This document shows positions 42,846-52,342 of a stretch of 64,000 nt of DNA, one piece after another. The translations under genes and the position numbers were made by a program. The DNA comes from Sandaracinaceae bacterium. GTDB taxonomy: Bacteria; Myxococcota_A; Polyangia; Polyangiales; Sandaracinaceae. Location: assembly GCA_044220955.1 (NCBI GenBank), contig JBGAQA010000005.1, positions 9,897-73,896 on the forward strand. Reading direction: 5' to 3'. The notes beneath the pieces are model-generated. The model had not been told where the DNA came from. It made no database searches and saw only the letters and a program-made list of their open reading frames with translations. Every line of letters begins with the position of its first letter. The stretch's first letter is position 1.

Positions 42846-45053
42846 ATGGCCCATCGCTTTCGTTTCGTGCGTGCCGGCGGCTTCGATCAGGTCGTGATCG
42901 ACTCGGGGGCCGATCTCGAGGCGCTCGGCTCGCTCGACCAGAAGCTCTGGGTCGCGCTCGCGTGTCCGATTCAGGGCGTGGAGTTCGACGCGCGGACGCT
43001 GGCGCTGCTGGACACGGACAAGGACGGTCGCATCCGCGCGCCGGAGCTGCTCGCCGCCGTGAAGTGGGCGTGCGAGGTCACGGCGGATCCGGACGATCTG
43101 ACCCAGGGTCAGGACGGGATGAAGCTCGCGTCGATCGACACGGACGCCCCGGAGGGCAAGCTGCTGCTCGCGACGGCCAAGACGCTGCTCCAGAGCATCG
43201 GCAAGGGCGACGCGAAGAAGATCAGCGTCGCGGAGGTCAGCAAGGCTGTCGCCGGCTTCGACGAGCAGGCGTTCAACGGCGACGGCGTGGTCCCGGAGCA
43301 CGCGGCCGACGCCGACGCCGCGAAGGCGCAGATCAAGGACGTGCTCGCCTGCACGACGAGCCCCGCCAAGGACCGCAGCGGTGACCCGGGCGTGACGCAG
43401 GCGTCGCTCGACGCGTTCTTCGCGGAGGTGGACGCGCACGAAGCCTGGGTCGCGAAGGGCGAGGATGCCGCCCTGCGCCCGCTCGGCGACGACACGGCGG
43501 CCGCGTTCGCGGCACTGAGCGCCGTCCAGAAGAAGATCGACGACTACTTCGCGCGGGTGAACGTGGCCTCGTACGACCCGCGCGCGCTCGCCGCGATCAA
43601 CGGCGAGGAGAAGCTGTACCTCGAGCTCGCGGCGAAGGATCTCGACGTCACGGCGGCCGAGATCGAGCGGATGCCGATCGCGCAGGTCGCCGCGGACAAG
43701 CCGCTGCCGCTCGTGAAGGGCGTGAGCCCGGCCTGGACGGCGCGGCTCGCGGACTTCCGCGCGAAGGTCGTGCGACCGAAGCTCGGCGAGAAGGACACGC
43801 TCACCGAGTCGGACTGGAGGACGCTCAAGAGCATCTTCGCCGAGCACGCGACGTGGGCGGCGGCCAAGGGTGGAGCGTCGGTCGAGAAGCTGGGCGCCGC
43901 GCGAATCGCCGCGCTCGCCGCGCCCGAGGTGCGCGCGAGCCTGGCCGGGCTCGTGGCGAAGGACGAGGCGAAGAGGGAGGAGGCCAAGGCGATCGAGTCG
44001 GTCGAGAAGCTGGTGCGCCTGCACCGCGACCTCATCGGCCTCGTGAACAACTTCGTCTGCTTCCGCGACTTCTACTCGCGCAAGGGCCCGGCGATGTTCC
44101 AGGTCGGCACGCTCTACCTCGATCAGCGCGCGTGCGAGCTCGTGGTCCGCGTGAACGACGCCGGTCGCCACGCGTCGATGGCGCCGCTCGCGAACAGCTA
44201 CCTCGTGTACTGCGACTGCAAGAACGCCAAGGGCGAGACCATGCAGATCGCGGCCGCGATGACCGCGGGCGACGTCGACAACCTCATGGTCGGCCGCAAC
44301 GGCCTCTTCTACGATCGCAAGGGCGTCGACTGGGACGCGACCGTGACCAAGATCGTCGACAACCCGATCAGCGTCCGGCAGGCCTTCTGGTCGCCCTACA
44401 AGAAGGTGCTCCGGATGATCGAGGAGCGGATCGCCAAGCGCGCGAGCGACGAGGCGGCGGCGCAGGACGCCGCGCTCACCGCGAGCGTCGATCACGCGCA
44501 GACGTCGGTGGCGACCGGTCCCGGCGCGGCCGTGACGCCGCCACCGGCCCCGCGCGGCTTCGACATCGGCACCGTCGCCGCTCTCGGCGTCGCGGTCGGC
44601 GGCATCACGGCCGCGCTCGGCGCGCTGCTCCAGGCGTTCTTCGGGCTCGGCATCTGGATGCCGCTCGGCGTCGTGGGCCTGATCCTGTGCATCAGCGGTC
44701 CCTCGATGGCGATCGCGTGGCTGAAGCTTCGCCGCCGGAACCTCGGCCCGATCCTCGACGCGAACGGCTGGGCGGTGAACGCGCAGGCGAAGATCAACGT
44801 ACCGCTCGGCGCGTCGCTCACCGCCGAGGCGAAGCTGCCCGAGGGCAGCGAGCGCTCGCTCCACGATCCCTTCGCCGAGAAGCAGCCGCCCTGGGGCTGG
44901 TACCTGTTCGTGACGATCGTCGTCGTCGTCGGCTGTGCCTGGCTGACGGGCCACTGCGACTGGATGCTCCCCGAGGCCGCGCGGAGCAGCACCGTGTTGC
45001 ACGCCGAGGCGCCCGACGACGCCTCACCGGCACCCGGGCCCGCGGCCCCGTAG
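42846..45053 (+). CDS. Hypothetical membrane protein with EF-hand loop and long helical region
   Basis: DTDKDGRIRAPE canonical EF-hand loop; C-terminal TM helices; AGGAGG RBS. Confidence 0.8.
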   Translation: MAHRFRFVRAGGFDQVVIDSGADLEALGSLDQKLWVALACPIQGVEFDARTLALLDTDKDGRIRAPELLAAVKWACEVTADPDDLTQGQDGMKLASIDTDAPEGKLLLATAKTLLQSIGKGDAKKISVAEVSKAVAGFDEQAFNGDGVVPEHAADADAAKAQIKDVLACTTSPAKDRSGDPGVTQASLDAFFAEVDAHEAWVAKGEDAALRPLGDDTAAAFAALSAVQKKIDDYFARVNVASYDPRALAAINGEEKLYLELAAKDLDVTAAEIERMPIAQVAADKPLPLVKGVSPAWTARLADFRAKVVRPKLGEKDTLTESDWRTLKSIFAEHATWAAAKGGASVEKLGAARIAALAAPEVRASLAGLVAKDEAKREEAKAIESVEKLVRLHRDLIGLVNNFVCFRDFYSRKGPAMFQVGTLYLDQRACELVVRVNDAGRHASMAPLANSYLVYCDCKNAKGETMQIAAAMTAGDVDNLMVGRNGLFYDRKGVDWDATVTKIVDNPISVRQAFWSPYKKVLRMIEERIAKRASDEAAAQDAALTASVDHAQTSVATGPGAAVTPPPAPRGFDIGTVAALGVAVGGITAALGALLQAFFGLGIWMPLGVVGLILCISGPSMAIAWLKLRRRNLGPILDANGWAVNAQAKINVPLGASLTAEAKLPEGSERSLHDPFAEKQPPWGWYLFVTIVVVVGCAWLTGHCDWMLPEAARSSTVLHAEAPDDASPAPGPAAP

Positions 45054-45091
45054 CTCGCCGTTCGATCGGACGCGGCCGCTCGAGCCGGCCC

Positions 45092-46267
45092 TCACTCGGC
45101 GGCGTCGCGCTTGTCGCTCGCTGGCGCCGCCACTTCCTCCGGCTTGCTGGGCCCGGCGGGCGGCGCAGACACGCGCGCTGCGAGCAGCGTTCCGCCCGCG
45201 GAGCGCTCGGCGGCGGTCAGCCAGCCCCACTCGAGCCGCTTCTTCTCGACCCACTCCTGCGAGCTCAGGAGAACGGCGAGCCCGCGCGTCTCCTCCGAGA
45301 TCGCCAGCGCGCTCCGCAGGAGCATCGTCAGCGGCACGGCGAAGAGCGCGCCGAGGGGGCCCCAGAGCCAGCCCCAGAAGAGCATCGAGACGAAGACGAC
45401 GAGCGTCGAGAGGCCGAGCGCCACGCCCATCATGCGCGGCTCGAAGAAGTTCCCGATCACGAAGTTCACGGCCAGGAACCCGATCGCGGCGGCTGCGGCG
45501 GCGCCCGGCCCGAGCGTGAGCAGCGCGACGAGCACCGGCGGGATCCCGGCGATCGCCGCGCCCACCGACGGGATGTAGTTCAAGAGGAACGTGAGCAGTC
45601 CCCAGAGGAGCGGGAAGTCCACGCCCACGATCGCCAGCCAGACGCCGCAGAGCGTCCCCGTGATCGCCGAGAGGTAGGTCTTCACGACGAGGTAGCGCTG
45701 CAGCTGCCCCGCGGCGTCGGCGAGCTCGTGCAGGTCGGCGTGCGGGCCGCCGAGCAGCACGCGGAGCTTGTGCGCACCCGGGGCGATCTCGAAGAGCATG
45801 AACACGACCAAGAGCATCACGAGCACGATGCTCGACACGAGGCTCGTCAGCTCCCGGAAGAGGTCCGCGACGAGCGTCATGATCCAGCCCGGATCGCCGA
45901 GTCCGGCGAAGTCGCCGCGGTCCACGGGGACACCGCGCGCGAAGAGGAAGTCGACCGTGCTCGACACGAGCTGCCCGATCGCCATGCGGTAGCGAGGAAG
46001 CGCCTCGTTGAAGCCCGAGAGCGACGCGGACACGAGGGCGATCACACCCGCGAGCACCGCGACGTCGAGGAGCACGGTGAGCGAGATCGCGAGCACGCGC
46101 GGCACGCGCACCCTCTCGAGCAAGAGCATCACCGGCATCGACACGACGGCGATGAAGAGCCCCGAGAGCAGCGGCAGGAAGAGCGCGCTCGACTCCCGGA
46201 GGCCCGCGACGACCACGAAGAGCCCCGCCAGCGCGAGCACCGTCCGGAGGCCGACGTCGAAGCGCAT
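45092..46267 (-). CDS. AI-2E family transporter
   Basis: LLNYIPSVG, GNFFEPRMMG, FWGWLWGPLGALFAVPLT. Confidence 0.92.
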   Translation of the reverse strand: MRFDVGLRTVLALAGLFVVVAGLRESSALFLPLLSGLFIAVVSMPVMLLLERVRVPRVLAISLTVLLDVAVLAGVIALVSASLSGFNEALPRYRMAIGQLVSSTVDFLFARGVPVDRGDFAGLGDPGWIMTLVADLFRELTSLVSSIVLVMLLVVFMLFEIAPGAHKLRVLLGGPHADLHELADAAGQLQRYLVVKTYLSAITGTLCGVWLAIVGVDFPLLWGLLTFLLNYIPSVGAAIAGIPPVLVALLTLGPGAAAAAAIGFLAVNFVIGNFFEPRMMGVALGLSTLVVFVSMLFWGWLWGPLGALFAVPLTMLLRSALAISEETRGLAVLLSSQEWVEKKRLEWGWLTAAERSAGGTLLAARVSAPPAGPSKPEEVAAPASDKRDAAE

Positions 46268-46321
46268 CGATCGGAAACTTACCCCGAAACGGCCACGGGG
46301 TCAGGAAGGCGGCCCACGGGC

Positions 46322-47365
46322 TCAGCCGCCGTGCTCCGCGAGCATCTTCTCCGCGAGGGCCACGTCGTCGGCGCTGCCGATGAAGAGGGGCACGCGCTGG
46401 TGCAAGCTCGTCGGCTCGACGTCCAGGATGCGCTTGTGCCCGGTGCTCGCCGCACCGCCCGCGGCCTCGGCGATGAACGCCATCGGGGAGGCCTCGTAGA
46501 GCAGGCGGAGCTTGCCCTCGGGCGCGCCCTTGTCGCCGGGGTAGGCGAACACGCCGCCGCGCAGCAGCGTGCGGTGGAAGTCGGCCACGAGGGTGCCGAC
46601 GTAGCGCAGACCGTAGGGCTTGCCGCCGGGCGCTTCCTTGGTCTTGAGACGATCGATCCAGGCCTTGACGCCGGGCGTCCACTTGCCCGTGTTGCCCTCG
46701 TTGATCGAGTACGTGCTCGCCTGCCTCGGGATCCGGATGTTCTCGTGCGAGAGGAAGAACTCGCCGATCAGAGGATCGAGCGTGAAGCCGTGGACGCCGT
46801 CGCCCGTCGTGTAGACGAGCATCGTGCTCGAGCCGTAGATCACGTAGCCGGCGGCGACCTGCTTGTAGCCGGGCTGCAGGCAGTCGGCCGTCGTGCCCGG
46901 CCCGCTCTCGCCGAGGCGGCGGTGGATCGAGAAGATCGTCCCGATGGAGATGTTCACGTCGATGTTCGAGCTCCCGTCGAGCGGGTCGAACATCAGCACG
47001 TACTTGCCGTGGGGGTACTGGGGCGGGATCGGGATGATGTCCTCGTCCTCCTCGCTCGCCATCACGCAGACGTGGCCACCCGCCTCGACACAGCGCACGA
47101 GGACACGGTTCGCCAGCTCGTCGAGCTTCTGGACGGTCTCTCCCTGGACGTTCACGGCCCCCGTCGCGCCGAGCACGTCGGCGAGGCCTGCCTTCTGCAC
47201 CTTGCTGGCGATCACACGGCAGGCGAGCGCGACGCTCTGGAACAGGCCGGTGAAGTCGCCCGTCGCGCCGGTGGTGCGGCGCTGCCGCTCGAGGATGTGG
47301 CGATCGAGCGTCCAGCCGAGCTCGTCGGCGGAGGCGGGACCGATGGAGACGCGGGGCTCGTTCAT
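46322..47365 (-). CDS. fbp: Class 1 fructose-1,6-bisphosphatase
   Basis: FDPLDGSSNIDVN, RYVGTLVADFHRTL, GKLRLLYE. Confidence 0.97.
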   Translation of the reverse strand: MNEPRVSIGPASADELGWTLDRHILERQRRTTGATGDFTGLFQSVALACRVIASKVQKAGLADVLGATGAVNVQGETVQKLDELANRVLVRCVEAGGHVCVMASEEDEDIIPIPPQYPHGKYVLMFDPLDGSSNIDVNISIGTIFSIHRRLGESGPGTTADCLQPGYKQVAAGYVIYGSSTMLVYTTGDGVHGFTLDPLIGEFFLSHENIRIPRQASTYSINEGNTGKWTPGVKAWIDRLKTKEAPGGKPYGLRYVGTLVADFHRTLLRGGVFAYPGDKGAPEGKLRLLYEASPMAFIAEAAGGAASTGHKRILDVEPTSLHQRVPLFIGSADDVALAEKMLAEHGG

Positions 47366-47397
47366 CGCTCGTTCCTCTCTGCTTCTCTTCTCTGGGT

Positions 47398-47892
47398 CTA
47401 CTTCTTGCGCGCCGCGCGCGTGGCGGCTGGCGACGGCGCGGCCTCGGTGTCGTCCATCTCCACCTGCACGCGCGACCTGGGCGGCGCCTTCTTCGACGCC
47501 TTCTCTCCCTCGTCGTGATCGAGCTCGACGAGCGCGCCGTAGATGCCGCCGATCGCCGCGAGATACAGCGGGGGAAGCGAGGTCCACGGCACGGCGTGCT
47601 CGGCGCCGGGCCACGGGATCGAGACGGCGCCGTAGCTCGCCCCGAGCCAGTAGAGCAGCGCGGCGACGCAGAGGCCGACCAGCCCCTTGATCGACGCCTC
47701 GATCCACGCGCCCTCCCTCCACGGGGCGCGTCCCGCGAAGATGCCGGTCGTCCCGCCGACCCCCAGCGCCAGAAGATAGGCGAGCAGCCCTCCCGAGGGC
47801 GTCTCCCAGCGCGCGCCGAACATGACGCCGGCTCCGATGGCCGCACCGACGACGAGGCCCTTCAGGAAGCCGATGCCGAGGCGCTTTCCCAC
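47398..47892 (-). CDS. Hypothetical membrane protein (about 4 TM)
   Basis: Hydrophobic helices; co-oriented upstream of fbp. Confidence 0.75.
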   Translation of the reverse strand: MGKRLGIGFLKGLVVGAAIGAGVMFGARWETPSGGLLAYLLALGVGGTTGIFAGRAPWREGAWIEASIKGLVGLCVAALLYWLGASYGAVSIPWPGAEHAVPWTSLPPLYLAAIGGIYGALVELDHDEGEKASKKAPPRSRVQVEMDDTEAAPSPAATRAARKK

Positions 47893-47940
47893 GCGATGGC
47901 GAACCTACACCGCAGCGGCCCTTGGGGCTACGCTCGGAGG

Positions 47941-48348
47941 ATGGGCCCGCGCGCAGGCTGGTCGATCGCGCTCGTCCTGGTGTTCGCCGCCTGTGACGCG
48001 GTGTCGGTGACCGGGGCGTGGTGCCAGTACCCCGCCGACTGCCACCGGCCCAACGACTGCAGCTACCACCGCTGCCGGCCGCGCTGCGTGGCGGGCGCGG
48101 ACTGCCCGGGGACGCACCTGTGCCTCGCGGGGCACTGCGCCGTCGAGCAGGACCGAGGCTGCGCCGCCGTCGCCGGGCGGGAGTGCACGAGCCCGCTCGT
48201 CTGCGCTGAGGACCGATGCACCCTGCGCTGCACCGGCTCGTGCATGGGCGACGCGCTCTGCCGACCCGCGAGCGATCAGCCCTTCGACGTGTGCGTGGAC
48301 CCGTCGCAGCCCGTTCCGGACGCCGGCAACGGGCTCGACGCGCGATGA
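47941..48348 (+). CDS. Small Cys-rich lipoprotein
   Basis: MGPRAGWSIALVLVFAAC lipobox; repeated C...DC...C motifs. Confidence 0.75.
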   Translation: MGPRAGWSIALVLVFAACDAVSVTGAWCQYPADCHRPNDCSYHRCRPRCVAGADCPGTHLCLAGHCAVEQDRGCAAVAGRECTSPLVCAEDRCTLRCTGSCMGDALCRPASDQPFDVCVDPSQPVPDAGNGLDAR

Positions 48349-48386
48349 GACCGATGAGCACGCCCCGGCGAGGACGAGGGCGCAAG

Positions 48387-48586
48387 GCGCGTCCTTACCA
48401 TCGTGGCCGGTGGTCGAGGAAAGAACCCCAGATGCCTATCGAGGTGGGCGCCCGGTATCGCTCGCTTCTAGCACCCCAGTGAAGAACGCTGGGTCCGCAC
48501 ACCACGAGCGAGAAAGGCTCCCTAGGATCCAAGGTCGTTCGGGATTCTTCACCGTGGACCGGATCGAACCCGACAGAGGAACGCGC
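48387..48586 (-). ncRNA. ssrS: Probable 6S RNA
   Basis: 200-nt rod with nested stems GCGCGTTCCT/AGGACGCGC, CCGGT/ACCGG, GAATCCCGA/TCTGGGGTTC, GGGAGC/GCGCCC, CTCGCT/AGCGAG and CCCAG/CTGGG, with an unpaired central bubble. Confidence 0.7.
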
Positions 48587-48593
48587 AACCCTG

Positions 48594-48622
48594 ACGCTAG
48601 GGACTCCGCGCGATCGGGTCAA
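48594..48622 (-). promoter_or_regulatory. Sigma70-type promoter of the putative 6S RNA
   Basis: Minus strand TTGACC-17 nt-TAGCGT, ending 7 nt before the RNA closing stem. Confidence 0.65.
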
Positions 48623-48722
48623 TAGCGATCGGCGCGTTTTCGCTCCCGCGGCGTTCCGTATTCGCGCCCTCCCGGACCCGGGCACCTGGACGCAGGCTGC
48701 TGGTCAGACAGGAGCTCACGTC

Positions 48723-49280
48723 ATGGCACTCACCAAGTTCGACTTCGACAACGGTCACTCGAGCGTCGCGTTCGTCGCGCGCCACCTGATGTTCACCAAG
48801 GTCCGCGGGACCTTCTCCAAGTGGGGCGGCTCGCTCGAGCTCGACCTCGCCGACCTCAGCCGCTCGAGGGTCGAAGTGCAGATCGAGACGGGCAGCGTCG
48901 ACACCCACGAGGAGAAGCGTGACGCGCACCTGCGCTCGCCCGACTTCTTCGCGAGCGACGAGTTCCCGAGGATGACGTTCAAGAGCAAGCGCATCGACAA
49001 GAGCGGCAGCGCCTACCGGTTGATCGGCGATCTCACGATCCGCGGCGTCACCAAGGAGGTCGTGCTGGACACGGTCTTCGAGGGCGCCTCGAAGGACCCC
49101 TGGGGCAACGAGCGCGTCGCCTTCTCGGCATCGACGAGCGTTCAGCGCAAGGACTGGGGGCTCAGCTGGAACGTGGCCCTCGAAGCGGGCGGCGTGCTCG
49201 TGGGCGAGACGGTCGAGATCGTGCTCGACCTCCAGGCGATCCAGCGGCGCGCGGAAGCCGGCGCCAGCGCGAGCGCGTGA
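48723..49280 (+). CDS. YceI-family lipid/polyisoprenoid-binding protein
   Basis: HSSVAFVARHL, RDAHLRSPDFF, GDLTIRGVTKEV, DPWGN. Confidence 0.95.
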   Translation: MALTKFDFDNGHSSVAFVARHLMFTKVRGTFSKWGGSLELDLADLSRSRVEVQIETGSVDTHEEKRDAHLRSPDFFASDEFPRMTFKSKRIDKSGSAYRLIGDLTIRGVTKEVVLDTVFEGASKDPWGNERVAFSASTSVQRKDWGLSWNVALEAGGVLVGETVEIVLDLQAIQRRAEAGASASA

Positions 49281-49325
49281 GAGACGGCGAGCGCTGCGCG
49301 GCGCGTGCGTGCTAGGCCTCGCGAC

Positions 49326-49697
49326 GTGGATCGCTGCTCACACTGCCAGTCCCCGCTCGAGTGGTCGGCCGAGCGCGCGCATGCGCGCTGCACCGGCTGC
49401 GCAGGGCTCTACACCGCCGACATGACCCCGGTTCGCCTCGAGGCCCCCGGCGGCGGGTTCGACGCGGAGTTCCAGGCGATGTTCGAGCAGCAGCTCGGGT
49501 TCGCGCCTCGGATCGTCCCGAACCGCCCGCCGGCCTACTGGGGCGGCGGCGCCGGGGCACGGAGCGCTCCGATGCAGGCGCCGCCGAACCCGATCGCCCG
49601 CATGATGACCATCGGGATCTCGCTCTTCGTCCTGACGATCCTCGGGATGGTCGCGCTCTACGTCGGGTGGGTCCTCTACACGTCGATCCCACACTGA
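49326..49697 (+). CDS. Small Zn-ribbon protein with C-terminal TM helix
   Basis: CSHC...CTGC; C-terminal hydrophobic helix. Confidence 0.6.
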   Translation: MDRCSHCQSPLEWSAERAHARCTGCAGLYTADMTPVRLEAPGGGFDAEFQAMFEQQLGFAPRIVPNRPPAYWGGGAGARSAPMQAPPNPIARMMTIGISLFVLTILGMVALYVGWVLYTSIPH

Positions 49698-49760
49698 TTG
49701 CGGGGCGGAGGCGCCCGGCTCGCGCCCGCGGGTCCGACGGCCCGCGAGCGTCAAGCTCGC

Positions 49761-50351
49761 TCATCGCGGGGCGCGCTGCATGCACCAGAGCGGCGGGGCG
49801 TCCTTCACGCGCACCTCGCGAGTGACCTCGAAGCCGAAGCGCCGGTAGTAGGTGAGGTTCGATTCCTTGGCGGTCTCGAGGTACGCAGGCTTCTTCTCGG
49901 CGTCGGCCCTCGCGAGCGTCGGCTCGAGCAGCAGCTTGCTGAGGCCCTTACCCTGCGAGGGTGGGTCGACGCCGAGCACGCCGAGGTAGTAGTGCGGTTC
50001 CTTCGCGTGCGCGCGCTCCATCTCCGTGAAGAGCGGTAGCGCCGTGAGCAGGCGCGTGCCGAGCGCGATGCCGATCGACGGGGCGACCGCGATCGACGAG
50101 AAGAAGCGCGTGGTCGACACGCCAGGCGGCAGCCAGAGCGCCGCTCCCGCGTGATCGGGCAGGCGCACGCTCGCCCCGATCGGCAGGAACACGTGGCGCG
50201 CGAGCCCACCGAACAACGTCGCGAGCGCGCGCGGCCGGTCCACGTCCGACGGAAGGATCCATCGGAACATCGGGTCGTCGTCGAACGCCCGAGCGAGCAT
50301 CGGACCCAGGCGCGACGCCTCGCTCGGGATCGCGCGTTCGGCGTGCGTCAC
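49761..50351 (-). CDS. GNAT N-acetyltransferase
   Basis: AFDDDP, YLGVLGVDPPSQGKG, YLET..N..YYRRFGF; GTGA overlap with mbnH. Confidence 0.9.
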   Translation of the reverse strand: MTHAERAIPSEASRLGPMLARAFDDDPMFRWILPSDVDRPRALATLFGGLARHVFLPIGASVRLPDHAGAALWLPPGVSTTRFFSSIAVAPSIGIALGTRLLTALPLFTEMERAHAKEPHYYLGVLGVDPPSQGKGLSKLLLEPTLARADAEKKPAYLETAKESNLTYYRRFGFEVTREVRVKDAPPLWCMQRAPR

Positions 50352-51466
50352 CGGAAGGGATCCCCGTAGCGAGGGTCGGTCCGAAGCGACTCGTCGGTCA
50401 GGCTCTCGAGGAAGGCGATCACGTCGGCGCGCTCCTCGGCGGTGAGCGTGAAGCCGTGCACGAAGATGCTCCGGAGCGGGCTCTCGGAACCGACGCCGGC
50501 GTTCGGTCCGGAGCGGATCGTGCGCCCCCCCGCGGCGTAGTGATCGAGCACGTCGTCGAGCGTCGCGGCGCTGCCGTCGTGGAAATAGGGCGCGGTGAGC
50601 GCGACGTTGCGGAGCGTCGGCGCGCGGAAGGCGCCCATGTCGCGCGGGTCGTGGCTGATCTCGTACACGCCGCGGTTCGGCGCCGGATATCCGCCGCGTC
50701 CATCGACGTTGTAGAGGCCCGTGTTGTGGAACTGCACCATCGGGATGACGGTGCCGCCGTGCATCACGCCGTCGGTGAAGTTGAAACCCCCGTGGCAGTG
50801 GAAGCAGTCGAGGCGCTCGCCGTAGAAGAGCGCCTGCCCACGAAGCGCGGACTCGCTCATCGCGCCCGTGTCGTGCCGGTACGTGTACCGGTCGTAGGGC
50901 GAGTCGCCGCTCAAGATCGTGCGCTCGAAGCAGGCGACGGCGCGCACGATGTTCGCGACCGTGATCGGGCTCGCCTCGCCAGGAAACGACGCGGCGAACA
51001 TCGGCGGGTACATCGGATCGGCCGCGATGCGTCGGACGAGCGCGTCCTCCATGCCCGCCAGACCCAGCTCGACGGCGTTCGGGTGCGCGCCGAACATCGG
51101 CACCAGCGCTTGGTCCTCGAGGCTCACGAGGCTCGTGTTCGCCCACGTCTGGACGGGGTTGTACGCGACGTTGACGATCGACATCGCGCCGCGCGGCGTC
51201 AGGTCACCGGTGGAGCCGACCGACACGGGTAGCGCGTCCGTGAACGCGTTCGCCTGCTCGTGGCAGGACCCACAGGAGTAGGTGCCGTTGCCCGACATGC
51301 GCGTGTCGTAGAAGAGGTAGCGACCGAGCTCCACCTTCTCGTCGCTCATCGGGTTGTCGGCCGGGACGACGGGCGTCGGAAAGCCGGGCGGCAGATCCCA
51401 GACGTACGAAGGCGACGCCGGCGCGCACGCGGCGAGCAGGAGCGTCGCGGCGAGGAGCCCACGCAC
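50348..51466 (-). CDS. mbnH: MbnH-family di-heme cytochrome c peroxidase/MauG-like lipoprotein
   Basis: PADNPMS.EKVELGRYLFYD, CGSCH, CFHCH, FRAPTLRNV..TAPYFHDGS. Confidence 0.88.
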   Translation of the reverse strand: MRGLLAATLLLAACAPASPSYVWDLPPGFPTPVVPADNPMSDEKVELGRYLFYDTRMSGNGTYSCGSCHEQANAFTDALPVSVGSTGDLTPRGAMSIVNVAYNPVQTWANTSLVSLEDQALVPMFGAHPNAVELGLAGMEDALVRRIAADPMYPPMFAASFPGEASPITVANIVRAVACFERTILSGDSPYDRYTYRHDTGAMSESALRGQALFYGERLDCFHCHGGFNFTDGVMHGGTVIPMVQFHNTGLYNVDGRGGYPAPNRGVYEISHDPRDMGAFRAPTLRNVALTAPYFHDGSAATLDDVLDHYAAGGRTIRSGPNAGVGSESPLRSIFVHGFTLTAEERADVIAFLESLTDESLRTDPRYGDPFR

Positions 51467-51467
51467 G

Positions 51468-52289
51468 TCAGATCCCTCCGTGCTCGACGCGGAACGTCGA
51501 CTGCGCGCCGCCCAGACCGACCGCCGCGAGCATCGACGCGCAGTCTGGGTCGTCCGGGTCGGACATGCACCCGGCGGCGCCGCCCGCGTCGTGATCGAGA
51601 TCGCTCGCGGCGAAGAGGCCCGCGACGTCCACCACGATCGTGTCGTGCTCGACGTCGAGCCCGTCGAGCCTGATCTCGGGCGTGTTCTCGTTCGCGCAGA
51701 CACGGGTACCCGCGCGCGGGTCGCCGGTGCACGCGGTCGCGCCGAGGTGGAAGCGGATGCCGCCGGGCTGGCCCGTCGTGCGTCCGTCGACGCGGAAGTA
51801 CTTGTAGCCGTCGTTCCAGCCCCAGAACATCGAGGTGACGTTCAGCGGCGAGGGCTGGTTGTCGGCGTCGAGGTGATCGAGCGCCGCCGGGACGCCGAGG
51901 CGGAAGCGGACGCCCGCGTACGTCGCTCCGTCGTCGGGGACGGTGCCGCGCACGAGCACGTTCGTCGGCGCATTGCCCTCTTCGCAGCCAGCGCCGGCCT
52001 CGAAGTCGAGGAGCGCGACGCCGAGGGCCTGCCAGACTCCGTCGCCGGAGAGCGCGAGCGGCACCACGCGCCCGTCGGCGGTGAGCAGCGCCACGTCGTG
52101 GACGTACAGGCGGAAGTCGAGACCCGTGAACGTCGTGCCCGTCGTGCCGACACCGGCGAAGGTCCCGCCGCACGCGAAGGGCGCGTCGCCCACACGCCCG
52201 GAGAAGCGCAGCGTGACGGCCCGCGTGGGGACGTTGCCGCACGAGACCACGAGCGCGATCAGGGGCAGCGCGAGGAGCGACGACCGCAT
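51468..52289 (-). CDS. mbnP: MbnP-family copper-binding lipoprotein
   Basis: DFRLYVHDV, WQ...VALLDFE, WxW motif MFWGWNDGYK, FHLGATAC, GCMS. Confidence 0.85.
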   Translation of the reverse strand: MRSSLLALPLIALVVSCGNVPTRAVTLRFSGRVGDAPFACGGTFAGVGTTGTTFTGLDFRLYVHDVALLTADGRVVPLALSGDGVWQALGVALLDFEAGAGCEEGNAPTNVLVRGTVPDDGATYAGVRFRLGVPAALDHLDADNQPSPLNVTSMFWGWNDGYKYFRVDGRTTGQPGGIRFHLGATACTGDPRAGTRVCANENTPEIRLDGLDVEHDTIVVDVAGLFAASDLDHDAGGAAGCMSDPDDPDCASMLAAVGLGGAQSTFRVEHGGI

Positions 52290-52342
52290 CGCCGCCCAGG
52301 CTAGCGCGACCGGGCAGGACTGGAGGCCCCGGAAGTGCGAAT

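Noticed and set aside
50348..52289. Methanobactin biosynthetic cluster
   Set aside because: No mbnA, mbnB or mbnC-like genes; MbnP/MbnH pairs occur widely without them.
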